Source: Pelomyxa schiedti
Taxonomy: Eukaryota; Protista; Evosea
Direction of reading: 5' to 3'
DNA: 64,000 bases
NCBI GenBank assembly: GCA_020536535.1
Contig: JAHLWZ010000123.1
Span: forward strand, 71,638-135,637
Shown piece after piece: positions 22,701 through 34,301 of this stretch; the stretch's first letter is position 1; each line of letters starts with the position of its first letter. Made by a program: the position numbers and the translations under genes. Below the pieces are notes generated by a model, which was not told the origin of the DNA, made no database searches, and saw nothing but the letters and a program-made list of their open reading frames with translations.

Positions 22701-25134
22701 TCGTTGAGCTTTTACCTCTTCCTGAAGATAGTAGGACAACTGTAATCCGAGAATACTTACTCTTGCATGGAAAGAGATTGACAGATGCACAAGAGGTCAA
22801 ATCCTGCTAATTTGGAGGCACGTTACAAACATATAAATGTAGGTATTGGTAAAGAAAGCAACCCAAACAGGAGTGCCCAGATATCTCATCACACTCCTCG
22901 ATGATATATTACTTTGGGGTGACTTCGCTTCTCTTAATTCTCGTATAGTTCAAGATCTCAAGGTAGATTAGTTGGTTTTTATGTCGTTTTATTGAAAAGT
23001 TTCCAGGCAAGAAATGTATGTGAGCTATATCAGTTGCTTTTGAAGCGCTTGGAGGAAGATTATGATAAATCAGGCAAGGGCGTTGTCCGACATAGTACAT
23101 CAATACTATGGGCTGCAAGATCTGGTATCACTATGGTAGAACTAGAAGAGCTATTAGCGGCAAGGGTAACGATCTCCTGCCAACATAAATTTGATGCAGT
23201 GACATTTTATTGTAGGGTATTGACAAACTCCAGTGGCTAAGTTTGTTTGCCGCACTGGATAGTTTGCTGATCAACTCTTCTGGGTACCTTAAATGGGCGA
23301 ACCAGGTAATAGGACTTTTTCCCCAATGTTTCTGACCTCATCCCGCAGCCAATTAAGGAGGCTGTAGCTGCATGCTTCTTGACTGAAGAGTCGGAGATAA
23401 ATAGTATACATGCAACTCTCGCCGATTTCTTGATGAAGGTCGGCTATTTTGAAATTCTAATCGAGGTCACATCTTCAACAGCAAGAAGCGTACATCACAG
23501 AACGGAAGGCAACGGAAGGTGTCTGGCAACTATTTTGCGCAAAGCAGTGGGAAATTTTGGCCAATGTACTTTCTGATCTCCACATGTTTATGTGGATTTT
23601 CAAATCGAAAGAGAGATATATGCTTGTCAAGGTAAAATACTTCAATCAATAAGTAACCTGACTTCTTTTTCAGTACTGGGATGAAATTGAAAAAAATAGC
23701 ACCATTTCAATGGTAGAAAGGTATCACGAGGCCTTGTCAGTACCTACAAAGTTTCCTGGTCCTCTCCTTTTCCCTCTTGCAACACCAACCAACCTTTGTT
23801 AGGGGATGTCATCACTGGGGACTTGTACTATAATGTTGGGACGTTTTTGGGTGATGCCTCTAAGTTTCAGCCCTCTTTGGATGTATTAAGCCGCGCACTG
23901 AGCTGGTATTCAAATAGCTCACAGAGTCTAGCTGTTGCCAAGGTCTCGAAGTATTGTAACACATCACTTCTGAGTTGTGTCTAGGTCCGATATAGCATGG
24001 GATGCGCAAAAATAACCATGGGACATTTCCAAGATGCAGAACGCCTTCTTGTAAAAGCAGCTGACACGTATAAGGCTGAACAAGGCGAAGATAGCGAAGA
24101 TGTTGCCCAGGTTATAAACCGGCTGGGCCATTTGTATTTAAACATGAGCAAACTATCAGTTAAGACTTATACTGTTGTTACAACAATATGAACACCTTTC
24201 AAGGAAGCAGAACAATGTTTCGACAAAGCACTGAAAATTAGGAAAGAAAAGCTTGGAGGAAGCCATGTACGGTGTGCGCAGACAATCAGAAATCTCGCAC
24301 ATCTGTGCGAACGAAAGGGTACAATTTTACACCTGTGCTCTTGTCTCATTTACCTGCATTTAGGTCAGTATGAACAAGGCTATCAATACGCCCTTGAAGC
24401 AGTCCAATTAACCGAGAATTGGTTTGGACCTCACCATGCGACACTTGCGTTTCCCCTTATTCGTCTTGGAGTGGTAAAAACACATGCTCCTTTTTCTTGA
24501 AACTCACCTGGAATAACAGTTGAGTCAAATCTTGGGCAAACGCCAAGAAGCTCAGGAAATTCTCGATCGGGCACTGGACATTTGCATCAAGCGTTGCGGA
24601 ATGTTCCACCCATACACCGCTGAGGCGCACCACGGCATTGGAAGCCTGGCAGCAAGCAACGGCCAGTACGATACTGCAGCTCACCATCTTCAACAAAGCG
24701 TGGAGATAACAACAAAAACTGTTGGTGCATCACATCCAGACACTTTGCGAGTAAAACACAGGTTGGCAATGGTACACATGGAAATGGATCCTTCCAAAGC
24801 AGGTGACTCTAACCAATGTTTTAGCCTAGCCTCTTAAATACCCAATAGAGGCGGAGCTCTTATCTGTCCTTGCTGAAAGGAAGCGTGTTCTGCCAGAGAA
24901 TGATCCCAGAATTGCACAATCTCATAAGGCTCTCGTCACCTGCTTCCAACTCCAAAAGAAGTACAACACCCAAACTCTGTATCTGTTTTTTCATCTATCT
25001 CTAGGTACAAGGCCGCAATAGAACAAGGAGAGAAAGCAATTGCCGTTTTGCGTAACCACTATGGACCTGGACAGCCCGAGGAGAAGGGTGTCATAGAAAG
25101 GATCCAACAAATCAAACGCCTCGGAAATCTCTAA
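19790..25134 (+). CDS. IPT/TIG - DUF4062 - NACHT-like P-loop - TPR repeat STAND protein (NPHP3/TTC41/TEP1-like module)
   Basis: IPT (PTVNMLLP..VQVSASNDG|GKHFG..FTFY); DUF4062 KIFISSTFRDMDAERN..VDLRWG..GERYGW..RSVTELE; Walker A GSTGMGKS; Walker B IILVLEGIDKL; kinesin-light-chain-type TPRs (HPYTAEAHHGIG, HPDTLRVKHRLA); TAA at 25132-25134. Confidence 0.87.
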
Positions 25135-25246
25135 AGCCAAAACCCACCAGCACAACTTCTAAGGGGAAAAAAATGTTTGGTTGGATGATCACACATTCCT
25201 GTTCTTGTACAAAAACAATTTTATTCCCAAATCCAGCACACAGGTT

Positions 25247-27625
25247 TCAGAGCTTGAATTTCTGAGCCAGGGTCTTGAGGAGATCCACACCAAGGCCACT
25301 GCAGACCGACGTCGACGAAGCTGTGGGGCTTCCTGACTGAGGCAAGAACACAGCACACCCGCAGACGTGAGGAATCACCAGCAGGCCAACGCCGGAGCTT
25401 CCCATAATGGCCGGCACCTTCTGAGGCATGCTTACCGGGCCCAACTCCTTCAGTGTGGACATTACCTTGTCGACTGCAGGAATCGCCGGACTGCTGCTGC
25501 TTTTGCTTGTAAGTGGGCACACACCATCGTTTGCTAGGGATGCGGCGTAGGCGGCGGCCTGCGGGCAAGTCATTTGTAGGCTGTTGGCCTGGAAGTAGAA
25601 GTCCATGGCCACGTTGACTGGGGAGCTTTCCGGGAAGTTGCCGTTGGCTTTCATGGCGTAGACGTGGGCCCACTCTTCGGCGCATGATGACTTGCTGTAG
25701 AGGTAGCTTGGGATGCTGTAGCCCACTCCGCTTCCCGCCATAGAAGCTGCTCTGTCAGATAGCGTGGCAGCGCACTGCCAGATAGGCTTTCCTCCACCTG
25801 TAATAAGTGCTGACACAGTAGCTGCTCCGGGCGGGCACCAGGCATTGCTAGCTTTTGCACCAAACTCGCTGCCGCTAGGACCTGTGTTTGAGACCCATCG
25901 TACCCATTCTTGCTCTCCGCAGCAGTCACAACAAAGTAAACTGAGCAAAGGCCAGGCACATGCCTGTAAAGGGAGAGAGCTCTGGGTCCCTTGTGAGAAA
26001 GTAAAGCCATCCACATTGCAGAATGCAATACCAAAACCTTTGTGTGATTTGGATGCCTCCGCTGAAAATACTTGCCATAGCTCTTCACAAAACTGCGGGA
26101 AAGGTGGAAGGCTCTTTGGCCAGTTAGGACCACTAACATCTTGGGGTGGTGTTGTAGCAGGAGGTGGTGATGATGAGGGGGCTGGGGTGGGTGTGTCTTG
26201 TACAACAGGTTTTGGCTTTAGTGCGGGATTGCGTACTGCAGTTGGTTTTTCTACTGTTGCCGCGGGCTTTTCAGTTGGTGCTGGTTTGGCTGCAGGAGGT
26301 TGCTCTGCTGGTGTTGGCTTTTCAACTGGTGCGGTCTTCTCCACGGCTACAGTCTTCTCTGCTACTGGTTTCTCTGCCGGGGTGGGTTTCTCTGCTGGTG
26401 TAGCCTTATCTGCAGTCGAATTTGTAAGTCCAGGTCTCGGTCGCAAAACGGGTTTCTCAGTGGCTGCAGGTGTTGGCTTGTCAGTGGCGGCAGGAGTTGG
26501 CTTTTCGGCTGCCGGCTTGTCACCTGGAGGTGCAGGAGTAGCCCTATTCACTGCTGGGCGAAGTGGTGTTGCTCTGCCAGTTCCGGTGGGTGCAGCGCCA
26601 GTTGAGCTGCTTATAGGCCTGAGACCTGTAGTACCAGTAGTTCCCTCAGTAGCAGGAGCTGTTGGTGTTGACCTGCGTATGGGTGGTTTATCAGCTCCCG
26701 GCTGAGCAGGTTTTTCAGAAGCGGGCTTCTCACCTCCACCCGTTCCGACTCTTGCGGGCATTGGTGGCTTTTCACTTGATGCTGAAACTGGTTTCAAAGA
26801 ACCAGGACCTGGAATTGGATTTGCATTGACAGCGGGCGGAGGGGGATTTGCACCCGGCTCAGTCTTTTTAAGGCCAGTTGCTCTCAAATGGACCTGAGCA
26901 GCGGCAGCAGCGGCAAGTTGTGCCTCAGGCCTGACAACCTTCGGCGGGGCTGGAGTCGCTGCCTCCCCTGGCTGCTGTGCCGGTTGGGCTGGGTTCGTTG
27001 CTGCTGGTGCTGTTGTTGCTGCTGGTGTTGCCGCAACTGCAACTGTCGGTTGCTGTGCCGGTTGAGCGGACACGGCGGTTTTCGCCGGTTGCTTCGCGGA
27101 AGAGGCCGCCGGCTTAGGAGGGATCATTTCTGCGAAGTTGGCGGGGAACCACCCGACGGCGCCGTTCAAGTCGCCCTGCCACCACCCGCTGGTGTCCTGC
27201 GTGATGACGTTGATGATGTCGCCGATCGAGAAGCTGAGCTCCTCGGCGCCCTCGGCTTGGTAGTTGTACGCGCCGCGGCATTGGCAGACGAACGCCGGCT
27301 CCGACGCTGGCGTGGCCGCCGGCTGGTCCTCCTCTACTGCCGCGGCCGGGGCGGATTGTGGGACGACGGCCACGGGCTGGGGCTGAGGCTGCGGCTGAGG
27401 CTGAGCCTGGGGAGGAGGGGGCTCCTCGGCGATCACTTCCACGAAGTTGTTTGGGAATTCGCCGGTGGCGCCGTTGCATTCGCCCTGCCACCAGCCGTTG
27501 GGGTTTTGCTCGAAGACGTTTACTATCTGGCCCTCTTGGAGTGAGAGTTCGGTGGCCTCGTTGGCGGCGTACGAGTACAACACGCGCACGTGGCAGATAA
27601 CGGGGCGGGCACCTCGGCGTTGCAT
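25247..27625 (-). CDS. Two SH3 domains + Pro/Ala-rich linker + degenerate glutaminase domain; intronless 792 aa
   Basis: SH3 motifs VLYSY..ELSL..GWWQG..GEFPNNFV and GAYNY..ELSF..GWWQG..GWFPANFA. C-terminus FGIAFCNVDG, PLQACAWPL, PSG, MDFYFQANS, AASLANDGVCPLT, VPAIMG..LLVIP aligns by eye to glutaminases. Confidence 0.88.
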   Translation of the reverse strand: MQRRGARPVICHVRVLYSYAANEATELSLQEGQIVNVFEQNPNGWWQGECNGATGEFPNNFVEVIAEEPPPPQAQPQPQPQPQPVAVVPQSAPAAAVEEDQPAATPASEPAFVCQCRGAYNYQAEGAEELSFSIGDIINVITQDTSGWWQGDLNGAVGWFPANFAEMIPPKPAASSAKQPAKTAVSAQPAQQPTVAVAATPAATTAPAATNPAQPAQQPGEAATPAPPKVVRPEAQLAAAAAAQVHLRATGLKKTEPGANPPPPAVNANPIPGPGSLKPVSASSEKPPMPARVGTGGGEKPASEKPAQPGADKPPIRRSTPTAPATEGTTGTTGLRPISSSTGAAPTGTGRATPLRPAVNRATPAPPGDKPAAEKPTPAATDKPTPAATEKPVLRPRPGLTNSTADKATPAEKPTPAEKPVAEKTVAVEKTAPVEKPTPAEQPPAAKPAPTEKPAATVEKPTAVRNPALKPKPVVQDTPTPAPSSSPPPATTPPQDVSGPNWPKSLPPFPQFCEELWQVFSAEASKSHKGFGIAFCNVDGFTFSQGTQSSLPLQACAWPLLSLLCCDCCGEQEWVRWVSNTGPSGSEFGAKASNAWCPPGAATVSALITGGGKPIWQCAATLSDRAASMAGSGVGYSIPSYLYSKSSCAEEWAHVYAMKANGNFPESSPVNVAMDFYFQANSLQMTCPQAAAYAASLANDGVCPLTSKSSSSPAIPAVDKVMSTLKELGPVSMPQKVPAIMGSSGVGLLVIPHVCGCAVFLPQSGSPTASSTSVCSGLGVDLLKTLAQKFKL

Positions 27626-28004
27626 TCGTAATTGTGGGAGTTAGGCGGGGGGGTGTCGGGTGTTATTGTGTTGGGGACGGATTTGGTAGTAGCAGTCTAA
27701 ATTTCGTGGCTGTGACGACGGGGTATTGGTGTCACTTTGGAGGCGCGTTGATATTTCGCGGCGGCGTCGCAACGAGACGTACAGCCTCTTGGCGAAAAGT
27801 TTATTTTGCTTTTGTTTCTTCCTAAAAAAAGCTGCACCTTGGAATCGAACTCTGAGATTGAGTCCCAACGAAACCCACCCCACAGCTTCATGCGGATTGC
27901 TCGGCGAGGTGCCAAGTTGTGACAGAGACAGCACTTACATGCAGGTAATTTTCTGCACCGGATCTGAAAAGGGGAAAAAGATAAAACATCAAAAATCGGA
28001 GGAA

Positions 28005-30914
28005 ATGGGGGACAGTGACGATGAAGCGGAAATGGTTGTTGTCCAAGCCACGTGTTTTTCTTTGTAGTTGTGTTTGCTTTGCGAGGTTCTTATTTACGTT
28101 TTTTCTTTCCCACAACAGCACTCGATGAGAAAGACGGGGCAGTACCTCAGGACAGTGGGCACGAGGATACACCCGCGCAAAGCTACCAACGAGGAGACGT
28201 CAAACACAACCTCAATCACTACAACGTCCTCGTCATCGTCAAGCACCGCAACCACCGAGACAACCTCCACGACATCATCTTCATCGTCGCCTACTTCGGA
28301 GGCGCCCATAACACTCACCCAAGCCGCATCGCAAGCGGTGTCAACAATGCCGGCGCCAATGTTGAAAAAACTGGGACTGGACCATGGTGAGGACGCGCCA
28401 CAACTTGTGTTGGACGAGACTGAACTGGCCAAGTTCTTGCCCACGCAGTTTGGAAAACGCAAAGAAAAAGTTGACATGGCTGCTGAATTCAAGAATGTTG
28501 CAAGGCGACCCTCTGCTGCGGCGAAATCCTCTGCCCCAACGTCTACTGCATCAACTACAAGCAGTGCAAAGCCAGGAGCGGAGGGCATTCCAGCGGAATT
28601 TCTTATATCGAAGGAGGAGCAAATTAGATTCCACACAGAGGTTGGCATGATGATCATATGGATTGAACTGATCCCGCACAGGAATTCAGAAGACTTTCGA
28701 CGGCTTCAAGTACCACCTCAACATCCACACCCACTCCAGCTGAAGATGAAAATGCTTACTTTGATAATGTTACCCTCAACCACACACTTCCTGTCTCCCA
28801 CGAGGTATGTCATTTTTCTTGATAGAGGGTGTCTTAGTACTTTTAGATTACATTGGGGGGTCACGAAAAAGCTGTGAGTGCCCTAGCACTTGATGCAGGT
28901 GGAGCCCGACTTCTCACTGGTGGACATGATTACATGGTTTTAATGTGGGATTTTGCTGGTACGTTATGTCCTTTTTTTTAACAAAAACAAACCTATTGCT
29001 CTTATAGGTATGGATCAGAGGTTCAGATCTTTTCGATCCATAGAACCAGCTGGAGGACATATTATTAACCAACTCAATTATTCCTCCAATGGAAAGCAGT
29101 GGGTGTGTGCCTCCGGAAGTGCTCAAGCGAAAATTTTTGATCGTGACGCTTTTCCTGTTGGTGAATTCGTGAAAGGTGATCAGTATCTATCGGATCTCAA
29201 TAACACAAAGTACTCCAACATCCCATCATTTTTTTAGGTCCAGCCCTTCTACTTTTTTGTTATAACACAAAGATACAACCACATAATACACACTTGAACA
29301 CCAACCAACTTTAGGGGCCATGTGGCTACCGTTACCAACGCAATGTGGAATCCTGCCGACCCAGAAACTATGATGACATCTTCTCTTGATGGCACTGTGA
29401 GGTAATCTTTTTATGGTTTCTTTGGACACTGTGTTAAACCAGCACAGAATATGGAATGTCAAAGATATTAAGAAGCAAAAGATAGTGATTAAAGCCAAAG
29501 GAAAGGCATTAAGGACACGTCATGGAGTTTCGGCATCCTGCTACTCAGTTGATGGACGACTCATATGCGGAGGTAGTAACTTTTTTTTTTGTCCCTATCC
29601 TGTCCTAATTGCGTAAAACAGCTGCCCAAGTGGAGGGTTCCATCCAAGTCTGGAGCAGTACTGGCCCTTACCATCGCCCCACTAGTGTTAGTTCTCCTTT
29701 TTGTTATTGTTATACTAATCATCCAAGATGGTGGAGCGTGCACACACTCCTGGAAGTGCAGTATCTTCTCTCGCATTTTCTCGTGATTCAAGAATGATTG
29801 TATCACGTTGTCTCGATGACACTTTGAAGTAATTACCTCCTTTCAACATTTTTACGTAAAAGTCACTCGGAACATTTTATACCCTTGCAACCACTCATAC
29901 TCATACACAAGCACTAACTCGAGAAAGGGTCTGGGACTTGCGAAGCTTCAAAGCTCCTGTTAAAGAATTTGAAGGCCTACAAAATTTCTTCCCTCACACT
30001 GATGTAATATTTTCTCCTAACGATGAATACATTCTGACAGGTTTGGTTTGCCTTCCTTTTCCTCCTTTTGAAATATTCCCTAGGAACAAGTATAAGAAAA
30101 GGAGAGGGAGCAAGCAAGTTGGTAGTCATAAGAAAGTCCAATCTGGAAATTGTTTCACAGCTTGACCAACCAGACGCTAGTGTTATCCGATTACTGTGGC
30201 ATCCAAAGATAAACCAGGTTTTTCTTTCTTTTTATTGAAATGCTCAGCTAACTTTGTTTTAGCTCATAATGGGCCTGTCAAGTGGCCAAGTAAAAGTATT
30301 CTTTGACCCAAAGAGGAGCGAAAAAGGTGCAATAATGAGCTTGAGCAAGGGGAAAGCAAAAGCAGACTTGGAGAGTGCGTTGAATCAATACCCACACAGT
30401 GAGATTGTTCTACCTGACGAAGATGATGTATATGATATTCCATCACGCAAACGAGAACGCGATCAGGTTAAACTCTTTTGGGGTTGTTTTTGATTAACTG
30501 AGTCCCTTTTGTAGCCACGTCGTGATCCGGTTCGATCCAGGAAACCTGATCTACCAGTTGGAGAGCCTGGAGTGAATGGAACTCTCCGCTCTAGTTTGAC
30601 GCAACACCTTCTGAAAAATCTTGTCGTGGACCAAACAAGAAGTATATTTCTTGCATCCCGCGGTTATGTACAACTAACGCACTCCAAGATGAAGACCCAA
30701 GAGAAGCCATTCTTAAACATGCACAAACAGCCGAAAGTATGCCCTTACAACGATTTTCCATCACATGCATTTCCTTTTTAACGTCACTGTTCCTCCCACA
30801 ACAGATAAACCATTCTTCTTTGCCGGCTACGCCAAAACACAACCCAATCCAGTACTGGCACCCCCAGACCCCGAACCAGAGGAACCTGAAGAAAAGAAGT
30901 CCCGGCTGTTCTAG
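28005..30914 (+). CDS. WDR70: WD repeat-containing protein 70 (WDR70/GAD-1)
   Basis: LPTQFGK; GHEKAVSALALD..GARLLTGGHDY..WDFA|GMDQRFRSFRSIEP; EFVKGDQYLSDLNNTK|GHVA; TDVIFSP; LWHPKINQ; C-terminal EDPREAILKH and PAYAKTQP. Confidence 0.92.
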
Positions 30915-31152
30915 TTCTCCAAGCCCTTATCCCTCACCCCTCACTGCAATTGCATCACAACCAACTTGGAGCCCTAGTGCAACACACGAAATCTTTTGTA
31001 GATTGGCCCGCACCTTTGAGGTCGGGGTTCTTTCCCCGCACATCACAGATACGCGCAGGGCATTGGTGCCAATCATCACACCCCGAAATACACCGGAAAT
31101 AAGCAACCAACTTTAATTTTCACCACAAAACCAAAAAAATCAAAGATCCGAG

Positions 31153-32593
31153 ATGGCAGCGCACGCCACCGCACCATCCAGTACACCGTCGGCTACCGCA
31201 GAACCTAGATCGTGTGCGTGTGCGAGTGTTGGTGGTGCTGGTACGCCGCCCGAGGCCGGTCCGCTTGACTTGGTCGCTTTGGGGAGCACTTGCGTCGATC
31301 AGATCTTCACGCTCGACGACATTATGAGGCTGGAACTTACTGATAGGAGCGGAACGTCTAAAAAGTATCTCGCCATCGAAGTCAGTACGAAGGTGATTTT
31401 TCTTCTTTCTTTCTTTCTTCCTTCCCTCCTTCCCTTTTATTCTCCTTTGTTGTGCAGGGTGGGGTTCTGAGTTTGGATTACCCTTTTCGCGTGTATTAAC
31501 TCGCGTTAGTTGAACGTGAGGAATGTGGCCTTCTACCCGGGAGGCTCTGCAGCAAACATTGCTGTTGACTTATCTTTCATTGGACTTAAAACAGCATTTT
31601 TCGGCGGTATTGGTCGTGACCCACCAGGACAATGTGAGTTCTTTTGTTTTCTGCTTTGATGTGTACTCACGAAACCAAAAAAAAAAAAAAAGCTTGTAAG
31701 GGTGATTTCACAAAGAACAATGTGAATATTGAATGTTTGGCAGAATTTTCTACAGCAACTGGTCTCTCTGTTATTTTGATAACACCATGGGGTAGAGATC
31801 GATCCATCATGGCATTCAAAGGTTCCAGTGACTTGTACTCAAAAGACTTCGTGAAGGTTTGTCCGGCTATACTTTCTAGTTTTTCTCACATACTTTGGAT
31901 AGCCTGAAGTATTGCTTCGTGCAAAGTGTTTTGTCTGGACTTCCCTCACAAGTGATTCTGGAATTGGTGCAATTGAGTATTGTCTTGACTTGTGCAGGGC
32001 AAACAACATTATGTGCTGTGGGGCACCCTCTATTTCCATCATTCAAAGACGAAAAGCAGAGGCAATTAAATTGCTTCAGAAGTCAAAGATAACTTCCCTG
32101 AACGAGGAAGAGCTTGAAGCCCTAACAGGTCAAACTGATATCCGCGTTGGAATTGATATCCTATTGGGTTGGGGGCTTACCGTAGTTCAAATCACAATGG
32201 GGAAGGTAGGCTAAATTCAACCAAAACAAATTTCTGAAATTACAATCCAGCTTGGGGCCTACCTTGCGCATTGTGCGAGTAACAAACTTGTAAGAACCAA
32301 GCCTCCCCCAGTCACAGTCACTGACACAACTGGTGCCGGTGATGCTTCCATGGCCGGGCTCATCTACGGACTTCTCAACAACAAAGAGCCACATGTAATT
32401 CTGTTTCCCCACCACTCAGTGGTTTCTCCATCTCACCTCCCCCTAGATATGTGCACAGTATGCAGCAGCCATGTCCGCCATGGAGATAGAAACAGTCGGG
32501 TGCCGTAAAGGATTACCCAACTCACTGGCAGAACTGGAAGCTTTCATTGCCTCCCGCCCCATCGTGCAAGAAATAACTCCCCTCAATCCCTGA
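31153..32593 (+). CDS. PfkB/ribokinase-family carbohydrate kinase
   Basis: PGGSAANIAV..GLK..GGIGRD (signature 1), NEEELEAL, QITMGK, DTTGAGDASMAG (signature 2). Confidence 0.9.
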
Positions 32594-32766
32594 AGAAAAT
32601 AGGCTCACCAAGTACAAAGGTGCACGGTCTCATCTTTATCGGCATTTTACCATCTCAGGAAGGAGACACAAAAAAAGGGAAAAATAAAAACTGATCGTTC
32701 GTTGTAGGGACACCACGACAAGGAACAGAAAAAAACAAAAAACCCACACGCCCAAGAGATCGTCGC

Positions 32767-34301
32767 ATGGGCTGCTGCTTTGGTCGAGGAGGCAGCAAGG
32801 AAAAGAAAAAGGACGAAGAGGAGGGCAAAGAAGGGGAAGAGGAAGAACCACTTTTGGTGAGGCTTGGTGCCACTTGAATGAATTTGTTTTGTTTGGGTTT
32901 TATCTTGTTTTGTTTTGTTTGAAGGCATGTGTTGTTGTTGGTCTGTGTGGGGATTGACTGTGTTAGAATTGTGGTCTGGAGTGCCAGGTGGCGCTAACAA
33001 TACGAACAGGGGGATGCAAAGCAGAGGAAAGTATCAGGAAAGCACAGCGAAAATGAGATAAAGAAAGAAAGCACAGAAGCGACCAAGGACCAGCAGGAAG
33101 AAAAGGGACATGACAGCCACCATCACCATCATCACGATGAGACTGAGAAGGTCATTGACACAGAAAAGGGTTCAACTAAGAGCCTCTCAGCGTCAGCATC
33201 CGCTTCAGATAAAAAAAGCGGGCTGAAGGCTAGTGGGACCATTGCTGGTGGTGATGCATCCAAGTCACGTTCTGACCTCAAGGATTCCAAGAAAGCACCA
33301 GCGCTCAGGGAATCATCTCATAAGCAGGATGTGGTTACTGTGGAGTATGATGCCCCAGTTCTGGTGCAAGTTGAAACCCCGGTTGTGTATGAGGCACCTG
33401 TTCTGGTTCAGGTTCAGACTCCTGTGAAATTTGAAGTTCCAGTGATGGTGGAAGTTCAAGCTCCACAGAAGGTGGAATATGCTGTATCAGTAGGAGATGG
33501 TGCGAAGGAACATCCAAAACCAGTTGCAGCCGTTGCACCCAAAGTTGAGCAACCGGTCAGATACGAGGCTGCTAAGACTACAACCCCTGTGTCCAGTCCC
33601 GCGGTAGTACAACCCATAGCGAGGCTTCCTTCGCCTCCACAGACTAGAACCTACTCAACATCAAAAATCGAAACTTCACCGAAGGCACCCACAGCTCCTC
33701 TAAATGTAAGGAGCTATGCACCAGCTACCACTAGACAACCCACAGCAGGTCCTACTGCAGACAAAACCACACATCTACGAACACAATCAGCATTTGTGAG
33801 GCCCACTCAACCTACACAACCTGCTGGACTTGCTCATTCCCGCACTATCTCTGTTAATTCCAAGGTTTCTGGTTTTGTTTTGAGTAAGTTGTATAACCAT
33901 GCATAAAAGACATCCAATTTATTATCCTGGGCTCAGTCTAAAACTGCTGGCTACAAAGATGTTAACATCACGAATTTCACAACGGTTTTACGCAACATTT
34001 TTTAAACATGTAACATATCTCCAGAGCTTCAAAGATGGGCTTGCCTTTTGTGCCTTAATCCATGCTGACTACCCGGATAAGATCGACTTCGATTCTCTTT
34101 CAAAAGATAATGCCGCTTACAATCTCAAGCTTGCGTTTGATGTTGGAGAAAAGATAGGAATACCGAAACTCGTATCACTCATCCCCTTTTTCTTTTGTAA
34201 TTCCTTTGCAGCTAGATGTAGAAGATATAACCGACCTACCAATTCCTGAGAAGCTCAGCATGATGACTTACATAATGGGCATGGCCAAAGTTCTGCACTA
34301 A
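32767..34301 (+). CDS. N-myristoylated/palmitoylated protein with C-terminal smoothelin/MICAL/EHBP1-type calponin homology domain
   Basis: Starts MGCCFG. C-terminal exons [21 protein letters not shown]|[32 protein letters not shown]|[14 protein letters not shown]. Confidence 0.83.

Noticed and set aside
25764-27544. Long plus-strand ORFs opposite the SH3-glutaminase gene (likewise 44294-45193, 11545-12260, 14258-14700, 50098-50616)
   Set aside because: Antisense shadows of GC-rich or low-complexity coding sequence with no recognisable motifs.
27935-27960. Minus-strand AAATTACCTG resembling the U1 snRNA 5' end
   Set aside because: No U1 stem-loop I/II loop motifs or Sm site at the expected spacing.
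28005-28200. Apparent frameshift at the WDR70 5' end (ORFs 28052 vs 28068)
   Set aside because: An intron from ATG|GTTGTT (28035) to CAG (28118) gives a continuous frame MGDSDDEAEM-HSMRKTG.
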